The notes under the pieces were generated by a model. It saw only the letters and a list, made by a program, of their open reading frames with translations, searched no databases and had not been told where the DNA came from. A program made the translations under genes and the position numbers. From positions 32,001 to 96,000 of IMG/VR virus record IMGVR_UViG_3300005253_000361: a stretch of DNA of 64,000 bases; one strand, given 5' to 3'. Origin of the DNA: a virus. Shown here one piece after another: positions 17,001 to 26,600 of this stretch (the first letter of the stretch is position 1; each line of letters opens with the position of its first letter).

Positions 17001-18860
17001 TCACCGGGACCGGAACCACCTTCGCAGGAGTGCCTCCAGCAAGATCTCCCACCACTTCTTCTTGCGCGGCGGGGGCAGGATAGGGGGCTCGGGAGGGCCT
17101 GGCGGGAGATCTGGCGGAGGCGGTTCCACGGGTGGTGCCGGTGACAGCAGCTCCCGTATCTGAGCCTTCAGCAGGTACGGGAGCGATCCAAGATCCTGGT
17201 CGCGGTCACCGATGTTGCCCCAAATGGCGGCGTAGCCCTCCTCGAGACAAATCCTCATCCCCTCGAGCGACTCGGCTTCCGTCCAGTCCTTGCGGCCTCC
17301 CCGGATACGGAACCGGTCCTCCGTCATGCAGGGACGATCGACCCGCGCGACCTGGAGCATCTGACGCAACTGGGACTTGTCCGGAACCTGGTGCCCCCAC
17401 CCGACGTAGTGGCCCGGGTAGGGGCGGCCGCCGGGACGCTGCCGACCACCATACTGATGGAACCGAAGCTCCTCGGTGTGCATGAAGTGGACCCAGCCGC
17501 CGACCTGATCCCACGTGACCCACTCGGGTAGGTCGTACCCGAGCCCCATCGACCAATTAGCGTAGCCTCCGATCCGAGCCAGGACCTGCCGCTGAAAGTC
17601 CCGCTCGTCCGACACGTTGGGATCCTGCGGGGCGCGGTCGTCCCACTCACGGTCCCCATAGAGCCACAAGTGGACCCAGAACTCGTGTAGGGCCGCCAGC
17701 GAGAGCAGCCGGATCAGCCCTTCGCTCGGGAGGCGCCGGAACAGGCCGACGTGGAAGCCGTGGAAGCCGTGCCCCACGATGAACTCCCGGTAGAACTCCT
17801 CAGCCTGCTCAACCGTCAGGTTCTCGCTCGAGGGCGCCATGACGAGCTGGAGCGCCGGATTGTCGCCAGGCCACGGCACGATCTCGGCCGGCTCCTCGGC
17901 TTCCGCAAACGGTTCCCCGAACCACGTGATGGGGGTGCGTTGTGGATTTGGATTCTGGTCATGCGTCACGACGAAGCAGCCGAGCCGGCGCGCCTCCGCG
18001 GGCTCGAACCCAGACTCCTGGATCTTGTCGTCCTTCGCCTTGGCCCGCATGGTCTGGCCGAGGGTCGTGTGGTTGTCGGGCGGATCGGCCCACATTTCAA
18101 TTGAGGCTCCCTTCTCCTCACCGTCCCGGAGGTGCTCACCGGGGGCGCCAGCGTACTCATCCTGGACCCACGAGACCCAGCAGAGGCGGCCGAACCGATC
18201 GCCAGATTCATACCGCGGCAGGGAGCCGAGGTCGCGCTCCCAGGTCGCCCTGAGATGATCGCGCCGAATCTCGATCTCCATCTGGCCGACCTCCAGCGTC
18301 GGAGGGTAGTCCATGAGGCGTTCGAACGCATCCGGGATCCGAATCTCGAACGGCTCGGGCCGGACATCAGGCTCCGACTGCCATTCGGGGCGATCAGGTT
18401 CCTCCGGGCGCTCGAGCGCGCTGAACCGGAGCGGCGCCAGGTCGGTACGACGGGCAATCTCGACGCCTCCGACCCAGACCCCACAGAGAGCGTCGGGCTC
18501 GAGGTCATCCAGCTGGGCCTCATGCCAGAAGTTCGGGATCGAGATACCGGTATCGTGGATGCCGCGGTGTAGGTCGGCGATCGGCCGAGACGCCGTCCCG
18601 CCATCAAACGGCGCCACCACGTGGACTCGGCCGAATAACCCCGGGGCCTCCTTGGGTTCCCAGCCCTCGACCTTGTGCCAGGTCAGGTGGAGTGTGCCGG
18701 CCTCGTCGATGCTCCAGGTACCGGGCGTAATTCCGGGATGCCAAGGACGGAACCGGAGCTTGACCTTCGTCCTGGGTAGCCGGAGGTGGTCACTGTTGGG
18801 ACCGCCGGTCTCGACGGTCTCGATAAACTCAGGGCTGTTGAGCAGTTCGTAATCGGTCAC
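17001..18860 (-). CDS. 619-aa hypothetical protein; C-terminal half possibly glycoside-hydrolase-like, Pro-rich linker and basic amphipathic tail
   Basis: WVHLWLYGD...QVLARIGGYANWSMGLGYD...PCMTED pattern; poly-Pro run; RKKKWWEILLEALLRRWFRSR. Confidence 0.5.
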   Translation of the reverse strand: MTDYELLNSPEFIETVETGGPNSDHLRLPRTKVKLRFRPWHPGITPGTWSIDEAGTLHLTWHKVEGWEPKEAPGLFGRVHVVAPFDGGTASRPIADLHRGIHDTGISIPNFWHEAQLDDLEPDALCGVWVGGVEIARRTDLAPLRFSALERPEEPDRPEWQSEPDVRPEPFEIRIPDAFERLMDYPPTLEVGQMEIEIRRDHLRATWERDLGSLPRYESGDRFGRLCWVSWVQDEYAGAPGEHLRDGEEKGASIEMWADPPDNHTTLGQTMRAKAKDDKIQESGFEPAEARRLGCFVVTHDQNPNPQRTPITWFGEPFAEAEEPAEIVPWPGDNPALQLVMAPSSENLTVEQAEEFYREFIVGHGFHGFHVGLFRRLPSEGLIRLLSLAALHEFWVHLWLYGDREWDDRAPQDPNVSDERDFQRQVLARIGGYANWSMGLGYDLPEWVTWDQVGGWVHFMHTEELRFHQYGGRQRPGGRPYPGHYVGWGHQVPDKSQLRQMLQVARVDRPCMTEDRFRIRGGRKDWTEAESLEGMRICLEEGYAAIWGNIGDRDQDLGSLPYLLKAQIRELLSPAPPVEPPPPDLPPGPPEPPILPPPRKKKWWEILLEALLRRWFRSR

Positions 18861-18875
18861 ACATCATCAGAGCTC

Positions 18876-19193
18876 CTACGCTGGGTTAAGGTCGGTTTCG
18901 TCTTCGGAGGTAGTGCCGGCGCCGAGCTTCCCGTCAGCCACCAGCTGGTCCAGCACGACCTGGCGCAGTCTTGGCTTGGCCCCAGAGAAGTCCTTTCGAT
19001 TTATGGCCCGGATCAACACCTTGGCCTCCGCACCATGGTAGGTATGCTGGGTCGGACGCTCCAGGGCGTCGTGGGTCTCGATCGACACCAGGTACTGATC
19101 CTCCGCGGGGGCGAAACGGAGACGGAAATCCACCACCTCTACGGTCGAGAGATCCACCATCAGAGGGGTGTCGAGTACTAGGGTTGCGCTCAT
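18876..19193 (-). CDS. small tail-module protein
   Basis: ATGA-coupled to the long fibre gene. Confidence 0.65.
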   Translation of the reverse strand: MSATLVLDTPLMVDLSTVEVVDFRLRFAPAEDQYLVSIETHDALERPTQHTYHGAEAKVLIRAINRKDFSGAKPRLRQVVLDQLVADGKLGAGTTSEDETDLNPA

Positions 19194-20926
19194 GCAGCCA
19201 ACTTCCTTTCGAGTTCGGCCACCTTGGCCTTGAGACGTCGGACCTCGGGTTCGAGCTTGTCGACACGAGGCATTAGTCGTTCAATGTCTGCTGTGTGCTC
19301 GTTGAATCCGGCCACCACCAGCGGTAGCACCTTGCTGTACTTCAGACCGAGGAACCCATCGGGGTCGGTATAGACCGCCTCAGGCAGAACCTTCTGAACG
19401 TCCTGCGCGATGAGGAACGCACGCCGTTGCCCTGCCGCCTTCGCGTCGAAGCGTTCCGATTCGATGAAGTACCCTGTCTCGGTGCGCAGCGTGCCGAGCT
19501 TACGGGTGGCGTCCACGATAGGCTCCAGGCCGGTCTTGAGACGCTCGTCCGAAACGGCCACCCACGCGGTCGCACCTAAGGTCAGGTCGACGCCACCCGA
19601 GCCTCCCGCGACGCAGCGAATCACATCGGCGGACACCTCGGTGAGATACGTGTTGCTGCCACCGTCGAGGTAGAGCTTCTTGGTGGACCCTAGCGACCAG
19701 TTCCCCATGACGCCACTGGTCTGTGCAGCCACGCGGAAGTACGCGGCCAAACCGCCACCGGTATAGATGTCGATGCGGTTGGCGCTGGACTCGGTGATGT
19801 ACGTGTCGCTGCCGCCGTCGAGGAAGAGCTTCTTCAACGGGTCTACTGACGCTGATTGGCGGAACTTCCAAATACCCGAAGTCGAGCTCACCATTACCGT
19901 TCCGCCGACTACAACTTGGTAGTTGTCTACGCTGGACTCGGTGATGTACGTGTCACCGCCGCCATCCAAGTAGAGCTTCTTGAGGGCCGACAGGTAGATG
20001 TCGTCGGTAAAGCTCCACTGGCCCGTGATGACCTCGGCAACCCCGACCTGCGGGACCCCAACAGCCGTGAGGTTGCCCGTGTGGACCAGAGTCCGGGTCG
20101 CGTCAGGCGTGATGGTCTCGTCGGCCGACAGGATGCCACTGAACTCGAGAAGCTGCGGATCACTACCGCCGGAGAACTTGAGCGCTCGCGCGTTGCCTGA
20201 CCAGCTGGTCGAGATCGATTTGTAATTCCCGGCCCCGTCCTCGTACACGTTGACCCCGATCAACCCGTACCCAGCCGTGAACTCCTGGATGCAGAAGTAG
20301 CTGCCGACCAGGATCCGGTCGTCCCGCAGGAGCGTGATGTCGGCCCCCGACATCTGAAGATCGCCCGTCATGATGCCGCCAGCCAGCGCGACAGCACCCG
20401 TCTGACCTGCCGACACCCCGTGCGGATTCGCGCCCGAGCTCGCATGGGTGTCATGGTGGCTCTTCGTCACGTAATCGTTGTCGCCGACCGGGGCGAGGCC
20501 GCGCATGATCCCGTAGGCACTGTTGGCGGCGTTACGGATCGCCACAACCTCGGTGGCCTCACGCTGGACGAAGGTGTCGTGCGCGTTCGAACCCCCTTGG
20601 CCGAACCCGACGGCTGTCCGGCTCGCGCTCAACTGGACCTTGGAATAGGTATCCGAGACGGCCCCGTAGAGATCCAGATCATCGCCCATCTGGACCTTGG
20701 TGCTCGCGATCGGCGTCAGGGTGCCGGCCTCGAGCGCCATGTAGAAGACCCCGCTGTCCGTGGCGAGATACTGCTGACTCACGGCGGGCGAACCCGGCCG
20801 GCTACCGTAGAGGCCGTAGTCGGTCTCGGTCAGGCTGAGGTAGAGAGCGTTGTTCTGATGGGATGCTCGGGTAGTGTTGCCCGGGCTAACTGTATAGAGC
20901 GATACGTCGCGAACCGGCGTGGCCAC
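19190..20926 (-). CDS. tail fibre with C-terminal intramolecular chaperone (peptidase S74)
   Basis: SDERLK autocleavage motif, LIAQDVQKVLPEAV, terminal coiled coil; 3x KKL[YF]LDGGx[DN]TYxTE internal repeat. Confidence 0.85.
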   Translation of the reverse strand: MATPVRDVSLYTVSPGNTTRASHQNNALYLSLTETDYGLYGSRPGSPAVSQQYLATDSGVFYMALEAGTLTPIASTKVQMGDDLDLYGAVSDTYSKVQLSASRTAVGFGQGGSNAHDTFVQREATEVVAIRNAANSAYGIMRGLAPVGDNDYVTKSHHDTHASSGANPHGVSAGQTGAVALAGGIMTGDLQMSGADITLLRDDRILVGSYFCIQEFTAGYGLIGVNVYEDGAGNYKSISTSWSGNARALKFSGGSDPQLLEFSGILSADETITPDATRTLVHTGNLTAVGVPQVGVAEVITGQWSFTDDIYLSALKKLYLDGGGDTYITESSVDNYQVVVGGTVMVSSTSGIWKFRQSASVDPLKKLFLDGGSDTYITESSANRIDIYTGGGLAAYFRVAAQTSGVMGNWSLGSTKKLYLDGGSNTYLTEVSADVIRCVAGGSGGVDLTLGATAWVAVSDERLKTGLEPIVDATRKLGTLRTETGYFIESERFDAKAAGQRRAFLIAQDVQKVLPEAVYTDPDGFLGLKYSKVLPLVVAGFNEHTADIERLMPRVDKLEPEVRRLKAKVAELERKLAA

Positions 20927-20929
20927 TCA

Positions 20930-22867
20930 TTACCACCACCTTGATGCGTCTGCGGAGGACTCGTCAGCCGGGTCAATGTACCCGTTGTCGTCCGTCCAGA
21001 ACCCCTGAACCTGCTTCTGTTCTTCTGTTGCGTCGGCCCAATCGGCGGCAGTAGGGGTGGTCCAGTTCCCGATCCCGGTCACGCCCTTCTGGTTGTTCAG
21101 CAGGAGCTCGATCCGGGGGATCGGGCTGAAGGAGCGGATGATCTGGATGACCTCCATGACCCGGTTGGTCCAGGAGCCGTCAGCCGAGGGAGCGCGGGCG
21201 GTCGTCAGGAGGATGCGGTCGCCGATCTTCACCTCAGACATGCCGAGTCCGGTCTCGATCACCCGCACCTCAGTGTCGGGATTGGCCGACACGAACCGGA
21301 CCCGTTCAGCGAGCTCCACTGCTTGCGCGGCCGTGGTGAGGTAGGTCGTGATGACTCGGTCCTCGGTGCGGCCGTCCAGCTGGACATACCGCGCCTCGTT
21401 GTCAGTCCGCTCCCGCGTGAGGAACCTACGTGACGTCGGGTTCTCCGCGTACCGGACCAGCACCCTAGAGAAGATCGTCTCGATCTTGGTCTCTGGGGCA
21501 AATTCCATGATGATGGGGTCGTCCAGCACCGGAGCCCCCACGGGGTAGTAGGGGTACCAGATGGTCGGCTGGATCAGACCCGTGAGACCACGGATCGTCC
21601 GCCCCATCACACCCCGCTCGAAGTTGCGGATGTAGGTGCGGGCCGACTGCTCATCCTGGATGTAAGCCGCCTGGGCCCACGGCTGGAACGCGTCCGAGTC
21701 GGTCGCGCCAGTCGAGTCGATCTCGGCGTCCAGCAACCCGAGGTAGTTCGTGTAGATCTCGCAGACAATCTCGCCGTAGTACTTCAGGTAGTCAGTCGAG
21801 GTCTCCCAGGCCTTACCGCGCGCGGGCTGCCCGGTGGCATCGCACGTAACCACCCCGGGCGTACCACTGTACTGACCCAGGATGGTGAGGCTGCAGCCCG
21901 TGAGATCGAGCGTCATGTCGCCGGCGTCGATCTCGACCCCGTCGTCGTAGACCGCGTCAATGGAGTAGAGAGTCTGGTAGGCCGGGTCCGCCACGAGGTA
22001 CTTACCCTTGTTGTCGGTGGTGTCGACCAGCTTGGGCGTGATGCCGGTCTTGACGCCAAAGAGCAACGGGATCCTGGTCCCCCGGACCTCCTCATCCGTG
22101 TTGGGGTAGTTGTCCTCGAAGATAGGCGTGACCGGCAGGTTGCGGTACGCCACCTTCTGCTTGTCCCGGACCATCAGCGTCATGGTCTTCATACCGGGCG
22201 CGATCGATTCAACGTACAGTTCGGCAATCTCGGCGTAGTCGCCCCCGCCGCCCGGCGTGTGGGCAAGTGAGTCGCCGCCGAAGTACACCCGGACCTTGGC
22301 GTTCTTCCAGGCCCAGGTCGCGGAGAGCCGGTCGAACATCCCGTCCGCGTTGCTGATCGAGAGCTCGCCCGACGCGACACGCTTGACCGGGCCCCAGAAC
22401 AGGTCCTCGGTCGACTCGGTTACGGACGGCAGCGCCTCAGCGGTCAACCGGGGGTCGTAGATGATGCGGCCGAAGATCCTGGGGTGGGACGCCAGATGGA
22501 TACGGAAGAAGCTCACCATAGCGGTATAGAGGTCCGGGTCGACCGAGCCAGTAGTGCTGCAGTAGAGAGTGGAGGTTGAGCCGAGGGACTGCTCGTCGTA
22601 GTACCAGGAGCCCGCCGCAGCATCGCAGGCCGCGATCGACGCCACCTCGGTCAGATCTACATCGTTCTGCCGGAGCCCAGTCAGCTTCCGGTAGAGGCCG
22701 CCCTTCTGGATGTCGGTGCCGACGAAGTTCTCGAACGTGATCTCCCACACATTCGTCCGGCCGGCCGTCTTGCTCCAGCCGGCGAGCTTCTGCTTCGGCG
22801 TGATCTCGACCAGCACGATCGCCTCCCGGACCGTCTGGTCGATGAAGTTCTCAAAGGCCTGCGACAA
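20930..22867 (-). CDS. tail tip/baseplate hub-like protein
   Basis: second gene after the tape measure; GELSISNADG.FD and IPLLFG patterns. Confidence 0.65.
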   Translation of the reverse strand: MSQAFENFIDQTVREAIVLVEITPKQKLAGWSKTAGRTNVWEITFENFVGTDIQKGGLYRKLTGLRQNDVDLTEVASIAACDAAAGSWYYDEQSLGSTSTLYCSTTGSVDPDLYTAMVSFFRIHLASHPRIFGRIIYDPRLTAEALPSVTESTEDLFWGPVKRVASGELSISNADGMFDRLSATWAWKNAKVRVYFGGDSLAHTPGGGGDYAEIAELYVESIAPGMKTMTLMVRDKQKVAYRNLPVTPIFEDNYPNTDEEVRGTRIPLLFGVKTGITPKLVDTTDNKGKYLVADPAYQTLYSIDAVYDDGVEIDAGDMTLDLTGCSLTILGQYSGTPGVVTCDATGQPARGKAWETSTDYLKYYGEIVCEIYTNYLGLLDAEIDSTGATDSDAFQPWAQAAYIQDEQSARTYIRNFERGVMGRTIRGLTGLIQPTIWYPYYPVGAPVLDDPIIMEFAPETKIETIFSRVLVRYAENPTSRRFLTRERTDNEARYVQLDGRTEDRVITTYLTTAAQAVELAERVRFVSANPDTEVRVIETGLGMSEVKIGDRILLTTARAPSADGSWTNRVMEVIQIIRSFSPIPRIELLLNNQKGVTGIGNWTTPTAADWADATEEQKQVQGFWTDDNGYIDPADESSADASRWW

Positions 22868-22869
22868 CG

Positions 22870-23643
22870 CTAGCGGGCCTCCCGAAACTTCAGTGGGGCC
22901 GTCACGACACCCATGGTGCGGTGGTTGAACTCCATCAGGGCCAGGCTGCCCAGCATGGTCCAGGAGAATTGGCCGTCCGTGACGTTGTCGAACTGGTCGT
23001 TGTCCGGGTCGAGCATCAGGATGAAGTCGCGCTTGCCCTGCCAGCGGTAGAACCCAGTGAGCTTCGTGAGGTCGAGCTCGTCGCCGATGTTGAACCGGAC
23101 CTCCCGATACTTCGAGCGCACGTATAGGGAGCGCTGACCGTCGTCGCTGAAGACCTCGACCGAGGGGTCGGGCTGCTTGAAGTTGAAGCCCGGGCGGTAG
23201 TCGAAGTCGACCTTCGGCCCGAGGAAGATGTAGCCGATCTGGATGTCGTCGGCGTTACCTGAATCCTCGACCAGGAGACGCCAGTACTGATACGAGAGCG
23301 TGGAGGGGACCGCGTAGGCCGCCACACCGTAGTCAGAACTGAATGGAATGTCGTCGATCGTGATAGCCGGCGGACTGAATCCAGCATTAGCCGAGCCCAC
23401 CAGCGTCACGGTCGCGCCCGCGGTCCAGTTGTGGTCCAGCACTACTAGCTGGTCCACAGGTAGCGCGGACGGCAGGTTGACCTGCATCCACTCAGCTGTT
23501 TTGCCGGTGGCCTCCCACACACGGACGCGCTGCGGGTTCTGGATGTTGTCGTCGGGCAGGGTTACTTGTTGGCTCGAACCCGACACACCGGCGCCAGGCC
23601 GGGTGACCCAGTTCACGTAACAGAACCTCGCAATGTTGGACAT
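22870..23643 (-). CDS. distal tail-like protein
   Basis: immediately after the tape measure; LDHN, YQYWRL, IGYIFLG patterns. Confidence 0.65.
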   Translation of the reverse strand: MSNIARFCYVNWVTRPGAGVSGSSQQVTLPDDNIQNPQRVRVWEATGKTAEWMQVNLPSALPVDQLVVLDHNWTAGATVTLVGSANAGFSPPAITIDDIPFSSDYGVAAYAVPSTLSYQYWRLLVEDSGNADDIQIGYIFLGPKVDFDYRPGFNFKQPDPSVEVFSDDGQRSLYVRSKYREVRFNIGDELDLTKLTGFYRWQGKRDFILMLDPDNDQFDNVTDGQFSWTMLGSLALMEFNHRTMGVVTAPLKFREAR

Positions 23644-23667
23644 CGTCTGTGCCTCCTTGCGGCAAAC

Positions 23668-26600
23668 TTAGTTATACGGGAACACGCCGTCCTGGTGTAC
23701 CGAAATATCCCCGTTTAGGGTCCCCTCGCCAACAATCTTCGCCACGACCCCCTGGACCTCTCGGTTGCCGATGAACACCTGGATAGTCGGGCGCACCACC
23801 GGAGTCATATCGGAACCGCCCAGGTTGGCACCACTGAGGGCTTCCGCGACCGCCTTGGCGATCTGGTTGGGTGAGATCGAGGCCGCCATCGAGGCCGCCG
23901 GCGCGGTCTGGCTGACATCCCCGGCGGAAAAGTCGCCGAGCCCGGAGTAGTTTAGCGAGGCCGCCATGGTGGCGCCGGCATCGGTGAAGAAGCCAGTGAG
24001 GTTGGCGGCGGTCTCCTGGCCGTACTGCCGGAGCAACTTGAACTGTTTGACGGCGCCCTTCCGTACATCCGGGAACACGCTGTTCCCGATCATGTCGTCC
24101 TCGTACGCCCCGAAGTATCCACTCAGCCGTCGAGCAGCTTCTCGCCCGGCATCGTCCATTCCCTGGAAGGTGTCGTCAACATAACGGCCCATGTCGCCCC
24201 AGCCGTCCTCCATCTCGTCCCACAAGTTGCCGTAGTTGGTCCGGAGGTCATCGTAGGCGCCCTGCCCAGCCTCCGAGATGTCGCGGAACGCATCCTGACC
24301 GTTTCGGGAAACGAACCCGAAGCCGTCCCGGATGTCCTTCAGGACGTTCACAACGTCCTCCATGATGTCGTGCATGTCCCGCTGGGCCTCGGTGATGATC
24401 CCGGCCTCTTCCGCCTGGTCAATCAACTCCTGAGTAGCATCACTCAACTCGTACCCGTACTGCGCGGCGGTGTCGCGGACCTCAGTCAGGTAACCGGCCA
24501 TGACGCCGAGCGCCTGGTTGTGGTCAAAGCCAGCCGCGGTCAACTCCTCATACATGCCGGAGCCCTGCTGGGTCAGCAGTTCGAACGTCTCGAGGTTCAT
24601 CGCGCCAATGTTGTTGAGGCCCGCCATGACCTGCGTGAGTCCGCCGAAACCGTCGACGAGCTCGCGGTTGGTCTGCACGAGGCTGCGGAACTGGATCAGC
24701 TTGTTGAACGCCGCGTCGCCTTCGATGCCCAGCAGCTGCTGTCGGCGAACCAGCTCATCGAGACTCGGCGCGATGGCGTCCATCGCCTCAACAACGGAGG
24801 AGCCGTTCGCGATCATCTCGTTGAAGACCGTCAGGGTGATGATACCGAGGCGCTCATACTCAGCCGTCAGATCGCCACCACTCGCGATCAGCACCTCGAT
24901 CTCCTTCTGGAGCTCATGAATCTGCTCCGCCTCCTCCTCGGTGAGCTCGCGATTCTCCTCCCGCGCGTCCGCGAGAATCTTCGCGATCGCCTCAGTCTTC
25001 TCCAGCCAGAGATCAAACAGAGGACCGTGGACCGCCAGCAGCTTCTCCAGGCCTTCAGCCACACCGGCGAGCTCATCGCCGATGAACGCGAGGACGGACG
25101 GGATCTCGAGACCACGTTCCCGAACCTCCTTGAGGAACCGAATGACGGATGCGTCGCCCGTGATGCCGAGCTCCTTCATCTGCTCCACCAGCAGACCAAA
25201 GGCATCGTCCAGAATCTTCGTGGCCTGGCTAGTCGAGATCACGCCGCTATCTAGATCGTAGAACAGCTGTACCAGCTGACCCGCGTACCGGCTGAAGTTC
25301 TCGGTCGTGACCCCGATCTCCTCCATGACGGCTCCCATGTGGAGCACGCGCGACGCAAATATCCCGATCGACTCAGACGACTTAGCGATCTTCCCTCCCA
25401 GCTCCAGCGAGAGAGTGCCCATGTTGGCGTAGAAAAACACCACGGTCTTGGCCAGCTTCTCGAACTTCTCCTCAGCCGACTCAGTGAAGAAGCCGATGAT
25501 TGACCCGATGGCCGCACCGACGCCGGCGATCGCAGCACCGATGGGACCGCCGGTAGCGAACCCGGTCGCGATTGCGGAGCCGATCGCCACGATGGCGCCC
25601 TTCCAGCCGGCCGAAGCGGTGGCGGCGTAACCAGCGACAGCAGAACCGACACCGAGGAAGATCTTGCCCACCATGCCCATGCCCTCTTCGGTGGCCTGCA
25701 CCATCTCACCATCCTGGCCCACCACATCACCCCACGAAACGGACGCCTCAACCGAGACCTGTTCCACCGTACCGCCAGAACCGAGAAGCTTGGTGAACCA
25801 CCCCTGCACGACGCCGACAAACCCCTCAGCTTGCTTCTCAGCCGGGCCAAAGAACTTATCCCGCAGAGACAGCAACAGGCCACCGAACGTGTCGACGATC
25901 ATCTTCTTCGCGAGACCCTTGAAGAGACGCTCGATGAATTCACCGAACGAGGTGCCGTCAAAAATCATTTGGGCAATCGCGTCCCCCATGCCCTTCGTGA
26001 TGGAGTCGAAGAAGTTGGTCCAGAGGTCCTTCCCCTTCTTGGTGCTCTCGGCCATCTCGTCGCGGATCTTCTGCTGCAGGGCCCCGAAGTCCCCACCCAT
26101 CTCCTCATAGATCCGCTTGATCTCTTGGAACTCGGCCCCGTAGAGCGAGTTGACGACATCGATCGGCAGCGCAGCCGCGATCAGCTCTTCTCGTCCTTCG
26201 ACGAGGGTTCCGAGCAGCTCGCCCACATACAGCCGCTTGAGTGCCGGCGCCCAGTCCTGCACCATAAAATCCTGCACGACGAGGAGGCCGTCCGTGAGAC
26301 TCTGCTTGATCTGGAACGGAAGATCTGTCGACACGAAACCATCACCGAGCTTGTTCAGCTCTTCGCGCACATCCGCCAGCGCATCCACAAACGCTTGCGT
26401 TTCCTTTGCGAGAGTGCCGGACTCGACCAAGTACCGCCCCATGATGCCGAAGAATTCGTCATTGATGTAGTCGCCGTACAGCTTGTGGAACTTCCGAACA
26501 CGTGCCAACTGGTCCCCGACGAGCTGTAGGGCCTTCATTTCCGACAGACCCTCCGCGATGTTCTTACGGTAGATCTGCAGGATTGCTTCCTGGACCTCAA

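Noticed and set aside
19650-19985. Near-identical DNA repeats in the long fibre as DGR template/variable repeats
   Set aside because: In-frame structural repeats (KKLYLDGG.DTY.TE); differences are not adenine-specific and no reverse transcriptase is present
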